This document shows positions 33,713 to 43,161 of a stretch of 44,927 nt of DNA, piece by piece. The stretch comes from a virus: IMG/VR virus record IMGVR_UViG_3300045988_159056; one strand, written 5' to 3'. The stretch's first letter is position 1. The number at the start of each line of letters is the position of its first letter. A program made the position numbers and the translations under genes. Below the pieces are notes generated by a model, which worked only from the letters and a program-made list of their open reading frames with translations, was not told where the DNA came from and made no database searches.

Positions 33713-34875
33713 GTGCTAACGACGAAACTTTAAAAGTGAATATATACCCGACGGGTAATGCCTTCACGCGTAACCCTATTTTCCTTTCCGTGTCTTCCGT
33801 TTCTATGGCTACGTATAGTATCCGGATGAATGACGAAGAAATATTCAAGGGGAACGGAACAGGGGATTTTAAGGTTAATATATCCGAAATCGTCGAAACC
33901 GGAATAAAGACCGTCCCCGTTTTGCGTGGCGGTACGGAAAGCATAACCGGAATTACCGGATTATTTGCCAGAGCCGATATACATGTGGAAAATGAGGGAG
34001 CGGAAGAAGCCGACTTGTTTTTTACCGCCTGGGCTGGGGGAATTTCAAAGAAAGATTTCAAGCGGTTGCGCACCATGGGTACCGATATCTTCACTTTAAA
34101 ATTTCTCAATCCCTATTGCAATTTCTTTTTTACTACCCGGTCGGCCGACTGGAAAATAGCCGTCAGGGAAACGGAACTTTATCCATTGCCTTTTATTTTT
34201 CCTTCTTCCGGAGAAGAAGTGTCCGTAACGGAACTGACCGGAAAGAACAAGACTATAGTGGAGGGTACACCCGGAAACCTTTATGCTTTGGATATCGCAG
34301 CGATACGGCGGGCATTTTTCTTTGATAATGGGATATTGGCCAGTTGTTTCGATGTGCGTGTAGGGGAAAATTTTGCTTGCCGTATAGCAGTGGAGCAAAG
34401 CCGGGCCACAAAAGAAAGGTATTTGCTCCGCTTCCTTAACAGTTACGGGGCCTATGAACTGTTGGAGGTTCAAGGAAAAGCTTCCGTAACCCCACAATTT
34501 CCCGAAGAAGGGGAGGGGGCAACTTTTAGCCGTTACGATGAAATAACAGACGATTTCAACCAGGAAAGAAAACGCCCGGAAATACAGAATATCATAACGG
34601 TAGGTATCGGATACCGCCGGTCGGGTGAAATACCCTTTTTACTTGATCTTCTTTCCTCTGACGACGTTACGCTTCTGGGATACGGGGAAGACGAAATCAG
34701 GGTAATACCGTCCGTAGAGGAATTTTCTTTTATGGTCCATCCGGAAGAGCCTAAAGATATTACGTTAAAACTCATTTTCACGGAAACAGAAAGCAACTAC
34801 ACGCCGGATATAACGGAAAACGGATTCAGCAAGCCGCGGATACACTCTAAACAGTTCAGTAAACAATTTAATTAA
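33709..34875 (+). CDS. Tail/baseplate protein
   Basis: 388 aa, within the tail module. Confidence 0.5.
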   Translation: MSANDETLKVNIYPTGNAFTRNPIFLSVSSVSMATYSIRMNDEEIFKGNGTGDFKVNISEIVETGIKTVPVLRGGTESITGITGLFARADIHVENEGAEEADLFFTAWAGGISKKDFKRLRTMGTDIFTLKFLNPYCNFFFTTRSADWKIAVRETELYPLPFIFPSSGEEVSVTELTGKNKTIVEGTPGNLYALDIAAIRRAFFFDNGILASCFDVRVGENFACRIAVEQSRATKERYLLRFLNSYGAYELLEVQGKASVTPQFPEEGEGATFSRYDEITDDFNQERKRPEIQNIITVGIGYRRSGEIPFLLDLLSSDDVTLLGYGEDEIRVIPSVEEFSFMVHPEEPKDITLKLIFTETESNYTPDITENGFSKPRIHSKQFSKQFN

Positions 34876-34883
34876 TACAGCTT

Positions 34884-35105
34884 ATGAAGACGCAGAAACA
34901 GATAGATGATCTTATCGAACAGATCAGGACAGCAGAGGAAAAGGAAAGTGTAACCAACGAAATGGAGGCGGACGTACTGGAGTTCCTTAACGAGAAAACA
35001 AAACCTTTTGATAAGAAACACGAGGTTATGAGCGAGGAGGAATACAGCAGGATCGAAAAGCCGGAACCTAATACTTTCTATTATACCTATGAAGCGGAGG
35101 AATAG
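34884..35105 (+). CDS. Small acidic protein
   Basis: 73-aa ORF between tail genes. Confidence 0.45.
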   Translation: MKTQKQIDDLIEQIRTAEEKESVTNEMEADVLEFLNEKTKPFDKKHEVMSEEEYSRIEKPEPNTFYYTYEAEE

Positions 35106-35108
35106 GAC

Positions 35109-35282
35109 ATGCTTATAAAAGGGGGACATAAGATAACCGGGATATTTGTTGAAGGCAAAGCGATAAAAGCGGTGTATTACGCCGGTCGCCTTGTTTGGGA
35201 AGGCATAAGGAGTTGCTTTGGCTCCGGTAAGTGGATAGACAAATACCCGTGGTTGGATAAGGAGTTATGGAAAGATAAATAA
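35109..35282 (+). CDS. Small protein (57 aa, below the track cutoff)
   Basis: Hand translation MLIKGGHKITGIFVEGKAIKAVYYAGRLVWEGIRSCFGSGKWIDKYPWLDKELWKDK. Confidence 0.4.
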   Translation: MLIKGGHKITGIFVEGKAIKAVYYAGRLVWEGIRSCFGSGKWIDKYPWLDKELWKDK

Positions 35283-35304
35283 TTAATATCTAATTGTTTG
35301 GTAT

Positions 35305-38300
35305 ATGGATATAAAGAATTTTAAAGACGGTGATTCAGGGAAGGAAGTTCGCCAGTGTATTGAGGAAAATTTTAAAAACCTGAACGAATTTAAGACGGGG
35401 TATCAGGATAAGGTTGACGGACCGGACGGAAAATCCTCTATTTTACGTTCGTTTGCTTCCGAAGCTGACAGGGATCTATACGAATCGGACACGGAGAAGT
35501 ATGCGGCTAAATTGCTATATCAGGTTATCATACCGGCCATGAACGCTTCCTCCAGTATAGCGACTTTACGGATATCCGTAACGGAAGCACCGTCCGCGAT
35601 TGTGGCGGAAAACGCACGGGTAGCACTGGGATTTACTTATTACTCGTTTTACGATGAAATAACGGAACCGAACGCGACAAAAGGCGTCGTTAAGTTTACA
35701 ATTAACGGAACACAGGTCGCCGACCTGACAAGTGAACTTGTACACCGTGAAAGTTATGTGTTTGACTTGACACCTTATTTGATCGTAGGGGATAATAGTA
35801 TAATTGCTATCGTGAACAATAACGACGGATCGCAGCGTACGCTTTCCTATAATGTAAGTGTAAGGCAGCTTTCTGTTTCCCTTGTCGGTTTTAACCAGAT
35901 GGAGGCAAAGGCGGGAGCTTTTAATATAACGGCTAAAGTTGTGGGATCGGCGGCAACTGTATTTGTATTGGTGGACGAACAGCAAGTGGCGGCAGGCACC
36001 GTTAACGCCGGGGCACAACGGGCATTTGTCATTCCGGCACAGGAAACAAACGGGGTGCATACAATTTCGATTTACGCGACGGCTACGGACGTAGCGATAA
36101 CGACAGACACGCAAGTGTATGAGTTTATTTCGGATGTTGACGGATCACCGGCTATCGGAGTGGATTTTCCCGTTCAGGCGGCAACGGTCTATGATACCAT
36201 TGTTTTAAGATATTGGGTGTTCAGTAAAGCCGTCGAGGGAGCAATACCGGTAAGAATGAGCATAGAATCATCCGACGGGCAGGAATTGTTTGCGGGAGAG
36301 GATAACGTAACGTTGACCGGCGGAGTTTCCGCGATGACCGCCTGGAATATCCCATTAACAAACGAAGAGTATATCGGTGATATAACCCTGGTGCTGGAAG
36401 CGGCTGGCGTAAGAAGGGAATTGCCGTTACATGTCAATATGATTGATGATGTAACCCTTGCACCTGCGAGTGATTGCCGTTTATTCCTTGCATCCGCCGG
36501 ACGTTCCAATACCGCATCAAACAAGGCGCAATGGATCAGCAAAGAGAAGGACGCACCGGAAATTGCGGCCATTTTCTCGGAAAGCTTTGATTTTTCGGAA
36601 AACGGAAGCGGCTGGAATACGGACAGCGACGGAAATGTGGCGTGTCATATCAGAAGCGGGGCACGCGTTACCATACCTTATACGCCTTTTGATAAAAATT
36701 ACGGGCAAGGTAATGACTTGGATAATCCGGGAACCAAGACGGGTAAAATGATAGAAGTGGAACTGGCAACACGTAATTGTGTAAACATGAATGCGCCGGT
36801 TCTTACCTGTTATGATTCGGTTAACGGTGTGGGTATTAAAATTTTTGCCAACGGTACGACTTTTTCTTCTTCCGGATCATCCACGTTTACAGACTTTAAA
36901 GAGGAAACCCACATAAGACTTGGATTTATGGTCGAATGTGACGAACAGGCCGACCGCTGTTTTATGTCTGTAATTGCCGACGGTGTACCACAAGGAATTA
37001 CGGTATATAGCAAGGCGGACACCTTCAAACAGGCAACCCCGCAGCAAATTGTGATCGGTTCCGATGAATGTGATGTGGATCTATATGCGATCCGTGTCTA
37101 TGACAAAAGCCTTACTATACAGGAGATTATAGGAAATTATGCTTATGATACCCCGAAAGCGGCCGATAAAGTGGCAATTGCCCGGAGAAATGACGTTTTC
37201 GATAATGCGGGTAATGTCAATTATGCGAAATTGCGCAAGGCACTTCCGAATCTTCCGATCCTGGTACTGGAAACTCCATCCTTACCGGCAGTAAAAGGGG
37301 AAAAAACACCGGTACCAAGTACCACCTTTGAAAACCCGCTTTCTACGGGGGTGGATGATGCACCCTCATTTACTGCGGAAAATGCGGTGAATGATGTACA
37401 AGGTACGTCTTCTTCCAAAATCGAGGCGACGGAACCGGAGGGGGAGTTCAAATACCGGAACTACAAGGAAGATTATAAAGAAGGATTCCTTCCGGTCGGA
37501 TTGCCGGAAAAATTAATCAAATACCAGTTGAAGAAAGGGTTGCCCGGCGAAAAGAAATTTTGCTATAAAATAAATTATATGTCTTCCGAGATGTGTAATA
37601 ATACCGTCCTTGCAGAATTGTATAACCGTGTGGCCGTCAGTGCGGGACTTCTTACCGGGCCACAGCAGGAACAGGAGGAAGAAGGGAAGGAAGTGACATA
37701 CCGACAGACTATTTTCGGTTTTCCCATGTGCATATATTGGAAGAAACCGGGAGAATCCCGGATGAAATACGTCTCAATGTTCGATTTCAACAATGACAAG
37801 GGAAACTTGAATATACTTGGTTTTGACCGGGACAAATATCCGAAGGCTGAAATATGGGAAGTATCGGACAATATTACATTTTTCGATCATCCATATCGGG
37901 GATGTTGGGTGGATGAAACGGGTAAAATCCAGAACGACATAACGGCGGAGTTTGAAAGCCGGTTGCCGGGAGATTCGGAGGTAAACGAGGATTGCGCATA
38001 CGGGGAAGCTAAGACAGAAGGACAGGTGGAACAGGCTAATAAGGAATGCGCCTCCCTTGTACGCTTCTGTAATTGGATGTATTCAACTAATCAGGAATTA
38101 GCAACAGGGAAACCCCTTTCACAAACATACACAGATAAGGACGGAAAAGAATATACGGTCGATAATGCGTCTTATCGCCTGGCTAAATTTTTGACGGAGA
38201 AAGACGAGTATCTGGACTGGGAAAAGGTGACATATTACTACAATTTCACGGCACGCCACCTGATGATTGATTCCCGGGCAAAAAATATGCACCTGGTAAC

Positions 38301-40713
38301 AGAAGACGGAATACACTTTTACCCCGTTCTTTATGACGCCGATACAGCGGAGGGCAACGATAATAACGGTAAGTTGAGTTATCCCTATTATTATGAGGAT
38401 ACCGATCTGGATGCCGGGGGGAATGTCGTGTTTAACGGTCAGAAAAGTGCCTTATGGATAAATGTCCGGGAAGGGTTTGCGGAAGCGATTGCCACACAGG
38501 ACAGGACTTTACGTTCTTCCGCCGGTTATAGCTACGAAGAGGAAAAGGCCCTGTTTGATTCTCACCGCGAACAGTGGTGTGAGGCTTTATTTGCGTATGC
38601 GGCATGGGCTTTATATAAGAATAATCCCGCGTATATAGAAGCCGCGCTCGGAGATAAAAAACATCAGCGTAATTACTGGATGTACTATTCATACCGGTAT
38701 TGGGACAGTAAGTTTCATTCCGGGGATGCACCCAAAAATAACCTGGTGTTACGTGTTTGGGGACGTGGCGCGGATTTAACCGTAGTGCCTTACTGCTGTC
38801 TGTATCCGCGTGCGGAATGGGGATCTACAAATAAAGTGACAACGCAGCGTTGCCTGGATTTGAAAAACGGGGTGACTTTCAAAAATCAGATTGATTCGGA
38901 CGTTTCTAACTTTATCATTTATGTTTTTTCTTCTGATCTGATTGTTGATCTGGGGGATTTGTCGCAGATGGGAGATATACAGATTGATGATGTAGGAGCG
39001 GCACCGAGATTAAGACGGTTGCTCATCGGAAGGGACGAAGAAGGATTCGTAAACAAGCGTACAAAAACACTCTCTTTGAATAAGAACCGTATGCTCGAGG
39101 AGTTGGATATTTCTAATTGTGAGGGATTCGGATTGCAAAACGACGGGACTTATAAAAATTATACACTGGATTTGTCAAACAACACATTATTGAGAGCGTT
39201 ACGCGCGAAAGGAAGTACGGTAACAGGATTCAGTTTGCCACAGACGGACAAACTGGAGACATTGCAGTTACCCGAAGGACTTACTACGCTCGCACTTATC
39301 AACCTTCCGAACCTGGGAAAGAACGGCGGAGATTTTTCCATTCTCGATACTTCCGAACTTGTTTCCGTTTCTATTCGTAATTGTCCGGCGGTGGATTCGC
39401 GGGCAATAATCGAGGACTGTTTGTCGCATGAAGTACAAAAGTTGGCAAATGTAAATATTACCGATATCCTCTGGAATGATTTCTCTTTGGATTATCTTTT
39501 CAGACTTGCAGAGATGAAGGCGGAACTTACAGGAGTCATTAACTTGAAACAGGATTCTGCCAATATGCCAAATTTTGCACAAAAAAGAGCGATGCTCGAA
39601 GCTTTCGGAGACATTGACGATCCGGATAATAAATTATATGTAACTTATCGGGTAATGAGAATGAACGCACCTGTAATTTCCGGGAATGGCTATTATCCGG
39701 ATACCGGTACTTACCAGATGGTATATGCGGCAACGCCTTCCACGGCCAACAACTTCCGCCGGGCAAAATGGAGTATAACAACAAACAGCTACGCCGATAT
39801 TACGGAAGATGGAGTTTTAACCGTAAAGAAAGTCGGCGGGGCAGGAGCTGCGGAAGTTACCCTTACAATGGAATTATTAGGCGGAGAGGAAATATCATCT
39901 ACTAGAAAGATCTTCTTTTATTTGCCTGATCCCAAACCGGGGGATTATGTATATTGTGACGGTTCGTATTCCGACATTTACGACGCAAACCGTTCCGTAA
40001 TCGGTATTTGTTTCTATGTTAACGGAAATGACAGACGGATGATCGCTATTGATAATCTGGCAACCGTACCGTGGGGACGTAATGACCTGGATATACCGGA
40101 TTTGAAAAATTATACTGTTGTGGACGGGGCCAACAGTTCGTTGACCATTAGCGATGAAACTTACCGGGAAAATGACAATACGACATTTAAAGAGTTTATT
40201 TCGGGAGCCCTTTCCGACTGGGACGGCAAGAAGAATACCGATAGGATGCACGAACAGGCTTTATATGCACTGCAATCCAATGGATTATATATACCCCAAA
40301 ATATGCGCGAACTGGTTCAGGAAATGGCAAATATAACCGACGACACAACAAGGAGGCTATATTATCCGGCTTCATTCTATTGCAAGATGTATGAGCCTAA
40401 AATAAAAAATAATGAGATGTTGAACGGGAAGTTTACGGCGGGAAATTGGTACCTACCGTCATGCGGAGAATTGGCACGTATTGTTTTCTATGCCCTGAAA
40501 GGATACATCAAAGGGGAAGAAGGTACGGACCTGGCAATATTTGCGGATGCGGCAACAAACGGAATATTTGCGAAAATATCGGCTAATTGGATTTGGTCGA
40601 GTACGGAGTGCCATTCGAACTTCGCGTGGAACGTGAATGGTGCTTCCGGTCAGGTGATCAGTGGTTACAATAAGGCGAGCAGTAGCGTCGTGCGTTGTGT
40701 CGCCGCATTTTAA
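35305..40713 (+). CDS. Giant tail fibre / receptor-binding protein, the DGR target, with a C-terminal DUF1566/C-type-lectin-fold-like domain carrying the VR
   Basis: 1802 aa. LamG-like DLYAIRVYDKSLTIQEIIGNY. Leucine-rich repeats (about 39040-39420). Big_2-like ITEDGVLTVKKVG. C-terminus NWYLPSCGELARI...WIWSSTECHSNFAWNVNG...VVRCVAAF. Confidence 0.85.
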   Translation: MDIKNFKDGDSGKEVRQCIEENFKNLNEFKTGYQDKVDGPDGKSSILRSFASEADRDLYESDTEKYAAKLLYQVIIPAMNASSSIATLRISVTEAPSAIVAENARVALGFTYYSFYDEITEPNATKGVVKFTINGTQVADLTSELVHRESYVFDLTPYLIVGDNSIIAIVNNNDGSQRTLSYNVSVRQLSVSLVGFNQMEAKAGAFNITAKVVGSAATVFVLVDEQQVAAGTVNAGAQRAFVIPAQETNGVHTISIYATATDVAITTDTQVYEFISDVDGSPAIGVDFPVQAATVYDTIVLRYWVFSKAVEGAIPVRMSIESSDGQELFAGEDNVTLTGGVSAMTAWNIPLTNEEYIGDITLVLEAAGVRRELPLHVNMIDDVTLAPASDCRLFLASAGRSNTASNKAQWISKEKDAPEIAAIFSESFDFSENGSGWNTDSDGNVACHIRSGARVTIPYTPFDKNYGQGNDLDNPGTKTGKMIEVELATRNCVNMNAPVLTCYDSVNGVGIKIFANGTTFSSSGSSTFTDFKEETHIRLGFMVECDEQADRCFMSVIADGVPQGITVYSKADTFKQATPQQIVIGSDECDVDLYAIRVYDKSLTIQEIIGNYAYDTPKAADKVAIARRNDVFDNAGNVNYAKLRKALPNLPILVLETPSLPAVKGEKTPVPSTTFENPLSTGVDDAPSFTAENAVNDVQGTSSSKIEATEPEGEFKYRNYKEDYKEGFLPVGLPEKLIKYQLKKGLPGEKKFCYKINYMSSEMCNNTVLAELYNRVAVSAGLLTGPQQEQEEEGKEVTYRQTIFGFPMCIYWKKPGESRMKYVSMFDFNNDKGNLNILGFDRDKYPKAEIWEVSDNITFFDHPYRGCWVDETGKIQNDITAEFESRLPGDSEVNEDCAYGEAKTEGQVEQANKECASLVRFCNWMYSTNQELATGKPLSQTYTDKDGKEYTVDNASYRLAKFLTEKDEYLDWEKVTYYYNFTARHLMIDSRAKNMHLVTEDGIHFYPVLYDADTAEGNDNNGKLSYPYYYEDTDLDAGGNVVFNGQKSALWINVREGFAEAIATQDRTLRSSAGYSYEEEKALFDSHREQWCEALFAYAAWALYKNNPAYIEAALGDKKHQRNYWMYYSYRYWDSKFHSGDAPKNNLVLRVWGRGADLTVVPYCCLYPRAEWGSTNKVTTQRCLDLKNGVTFKNQIDSDVSNFIIYVFSSDLIVDLGDLSQMGDIQIDDVGAAPRLRRLLIGRDEEGFVNKRTKTLSLNKNRMLEELDISNCEGFGLQNDGTYKNYTLDLSNNTLLRALRAKGSTVTGFSLPQTDKLETLQLPEGLTTLALINLPNLGKNGGDFSILDTSELVSVSIRNCPAVDSRAIIEDCLSHEVQKLANVNITDILWNDFSLDYLFRLAEMKAELTGVINLKQDSANMPNFAQKRAMLEAFGDIDDPDNKLYVTYRVMRMNAPVISGNGYYPDTGTYQMVYAATPSTANNFRRAKWSITTNSYADITEDGVLTVKKVGGAGAAEVTLTMELLGGEEISSTRKIFFYLPDPKPGDYVYCDGSYSDIYDANRSVIGICFYVNGNDRRMIAIDNLATVPWGRNDLDIPDLKNYTVVDGANSSLTISDETYRENDNTTFKEFISGALSDWDGKKNTDRMHEQALYALQSNGLYIPQNMRELVQEMANITDDTTRRLYYPASFYCKMYEPKIKNNEMLNGKFTAGNWYLPSCGELARIVFYALKGYIKGEEGTDLAIFADAATNGIFAKISANWIWSSTECHSNFAWNVNGASGQVISGYNKASSSVVRCVAAF
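40603..40708 (+). repeat. DGR variable region (VR)
   Basis: Aligns without gaps to 41197-41302. The 6 mismatches are all opposite TR adenines. It ends 5 nt before the target-gene stop. Confidence 0.9.
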
Positions 40714-40751
40714 ACTTTAAACTTTAATATACAACAAGGTACATTAAGAAC

Positions 40752-41108
40752 ATGGGGAAAGTTAGCGATCTGAAAGTGTATAACGATGTTGAATTATTGG
40801 CCGGATGGGTGTTGGACATATCGGCCAACTTTCCTAAACAATATAGATACATTACGGAACGGCTGGTAAATACCATCTTTGATTGCATGGATGATATAAC
40901 ACTTGCTAATTTACGTGAGGGTACCGAACGGGCAATGTTTCTTGACGCATTCGTGGTACATTTTACATCGGTGAAAACCATTCTAAGAGTATGCACCCGG
41001 AAACGGATTCTTTCTGTTAATAATGAAGCCCTTTTTTTGCGGTCGTCCGCAAATATAGGCAGGCAGATAGCCGGATGGAAACGGGCAGCATTGAACCAAA
41101 ATCGTTAA
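40752..41108 (+). CDS. avd: DGR accessory variability determinant (Avd-like)
   Basis: 118-aa basic, predicted helical protein between target and TR, the canonical avd position and size. Confidence 0.7.
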   Translation: MGKVSDLKVYNDVELLAGWVLDISANFPKQYRYITERLVNTIFDCMDDITLANLREGTERAMFLDAFVVHFTSVKTILRVCTRKRILSVNNEALFLRSSANIGRQIAGWKRAALNQNR

Positions 41109-41115
41109 GGCGGTT

Positions 41116-42528
41116 ATGGCAGTGTATAATTTAATTCCAAATGGGTGCCCTACTGGAAAGATACTTCCAGTTACGAACAAGATACAGGGTATGATAACGG
41201 AGTACCATTCGAACATCGCGTGGAACGTGAATGGTGCTTCCGGTCAGGTGAACAGTGGTAACAATAAGGCGAACAGTAACGTCGTGCGTTGTGTCGCCGC
41301 ATCTGGGGAATTATACAGTGTACTGTTAGAATCATTTGTAGAAGCGTACCACGATTGCATTCTAAATAAAATGTCAAGTCCGCAATGTTGTGAATTTAGG
41401 GCCGATTACGAAGACCGTTTGTATGACCTTTATTTGCTGGTTATACAGGGTGTTTATTTCCCCTTGAAATCACGTTGTTTTATTGTTACCAGACCATTAT
41501 ATAGAGAAGTGTTTGCTGCGGATTTTCAGGACCGTATAATACATCATTGGATTTGTCTACGGTTAGAACCCTTGTTTGAGAAGCGTTTTACAGAGTTGGG
41601 CAATGTTTCGCATAATTGCAGAAAATATTTTGGAACGGAAAGCGCGGTACGGGCACTATCTAAAGATATATATGATTGTAGCAACGGGTTTACAGAAAGT
41701 TGCTGGGTAGCAAAATACGACATTTCCGGTTTCTTCATGTCGATAGATAAAAGGATCGCATGGGAATTACTTAATGAACTTATCAATACACATTATCACG
41801 GAACCGATAAGGAATGTTTGTTATATCTTACACGCATAACGGTATTTCATTTGCCGCAGGAACACTGCATAAAGAGATCACCGGAGTGCTTATGGGATAT
41901 GATACCGGGTAATAAATCATTGTTCGGGAACGATCCGTTTAAGGGTATGCCAATCGGTAATCTTCCCTCTCAACTGATAGCAAATTTCTATCTGTCTTTC
42001 TTTGATGAGTTTGTTTTATCCTTGGGATTTGAGTATTACGAGAGATACGCGGACGATTTTGTACTGGTGCATAGGGATAAGAACTTTATATTAGAAGCGA
42101 TACCGCTTTTTGAAAGATTCTTATGGGATAAATTGAAATTAAAACTACATCCGGACAAGAGATACCTGCAGCACTACACAAAAGGAATACAGTTCGTAGG
42201 AGCCGTTATTAAAATGGACCGGATATATGTAGGAAATAGAACCGTCCGTAATACCCGGCAGGCTATAAGATGTATAAATAAAGAGTTGGAGGCCGGAAAT
42301 CCATTATCGGACGGTATGATATCACGTCTTAACAGCTATTTCGGGTTTATGAGGAAAAGAAAGGCATACGCCATACGGCGCGGGCTTGCAAAGGAATTTT
42401 CCCCTTTACTCTGGAACAAGGTGTATATGACAAATCATTTTTTCACGGTTAAAATAAAAATGAAGTATGATGAATTATTCCAATATCGACAGGAAACGAT
42501 TAGGAACACCCGACACCGTGTTGCTTAA
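41116..42528 (+). CDS. DGR reverse transcriptase (start codon uncertain; the ORF contains the TR in frame)
   Basis: MPIGNLPSQLIANFYL (DGR-type motif 4) and RYADDFVLV (YADD). In-frame start candidates: ATG 41116, ATG 41191, GTG 41227, 41248 and 41284, ATG 41371. Confidence 0.9.
   Translation: MAVYNLIPNGCPTGKILPVTNKIQGMITEYHSNIAWNVNGASGQVNSGNNKANSNVVRCVAASGELYSVLLESFVEAYHDCILNKMSSPQCCEFRADYEDRLYDLYLLVIQGVYFPLKSRCFIVTRPLYREVFAADFQDRIIHHWICLRLEPLFEKRFTELGNVSHNCRKYFGTESAVRALSKDIYDCSNGFTESCWVAKYDISGFFMSIDKRIAWELLNELINTHYHGTDKECLLYLTRITVFHLPQEHCIKRSPECLWDMIPGNKSLFGNDPFKGMPIGNLPSQLIANFYLSFFDEFVLSLGFEYYERYADDFVLVHRDKNFILEAIPLFERFLWDKLKLKLHPDKRYLQHYTKGIQFVGAVIKMDRIYVGNRTVRNTRQAIRCINKELEAGNPLSDGMISRLNSYFGFMRKRKAYAIRRGLAKEFSPLLWNKVYMTNHFFTVKIKMKYDELFQYRQETIRNTRHRVA
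41197..41302 (+). other. DGR template region (TR)
   Basis: 106 nt, about 27 adenines by hand count, rich in AAC/AAT codons. A-free 3' segment gtcgtgcgttgtgtcgcc is identical to the VR. Confidence 0.9.
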
Positions 42529-42532
42529 ATCC

Positions 42533-42862
42533 ATGGCGTTACCGGTAGAATATGAGGACGGGATTTATATTGTCCGGTGGGATATACGGACTATTTTTCC
42601 GGATGATGGAACACAGAAAAATCCCCTGGTTACGTTCGCATCCTGGACCGGTAGAGAATATCCGGGAATAGAACGGATAAAGACATGGTTAGAAGAATAT
42701 TATAACGGGAAAATCCCGGGAAACATAAACTTAAAAGATTACAGGTATGAAAGAATTAGAGTTTACAACCTACGTAAAACGTCCGGAAATGCTGGAGAAA
42801 AGCGTCCAGGCGTGCGTGCCTCACTGGACGATAAATATCGACAGTCGGCAGATAGAAAATGA
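42533..42862 (+). CDS. Hypothetical protein. Its 3' third overlaps the next ORF
   Basis: ATG 42533 (MALPVEYEDGIYIVRWD...). The last ~38 codons are Arg/Lys-rich and overlap ORF 42747-43118. Confidence 0.4.
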   Translation: MALPVEYEDGIYIVRWDIRTIFPDDGTQKNPLVTFASWTGREYPGIERIKTWLEEYYNGKIPGNINLKDYRYERIRVYNLRKTSGNAGEKRPGVRASLDDKYRQSADRK

Positions 42863-43118
42863 GTTGGGAATATTGGTTTATAAACAGGAAGTTGTAAGGC
42901 TGGAAGGGGAATTAACCTATGATAAGATAGTTTCCGCGATCATAAACGCGAAATATTCCATAGACGACCAGACGGCTATATTAATGAACGCAATGAACCC
43001 GAATCTTCTTACAGAAGAGAAGGAAGCGGACTACTATCAGGAGATGAAAGACTTTCAGGCATGGAGGGACAAAGCTAAAAATATAGCTTCCGTAATAATG
43101 GATAAATTGCCGTTCTGA
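42747..43118 (+). CDS. Hypothetical protein
   Basis: 123-aa ORF with normal-looking composition. Confidence 0.5.
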   Translation: MKELEFTTYVKRPEMLEKSVQACVPHWTINIDSRQIENELGILVYKQEVVRLEGELTYDKIVSAIINAKYSIDDQTAILMNAMNPNLLTEEKEADYYQEMKDFQAWRDKAKNIASVIMDKLPF

Positions 43119-43161
43119 AACGGAAAAGATACGTTTTGTTAAATGATCAATTTTAGGAGTT

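Noticed and set aside
37600-38450. CotH-kinase-like resemblance in the central part of the giant fibre protein (FYPVLYDADTAEGNDNNG)
   Set aside because: It rests on one short acidic motif read by eye. I cannot support a domain call without a profile search.
40711-40727. Tandem aaacttt repeats just after the VR, considered as the DGR target-recognition hairpin
   Set aside because: This is a direct AT-rich repeat with no stable stem. I found no GC-rich hairpin or cruciform between the VR and avd, so none is claimed.
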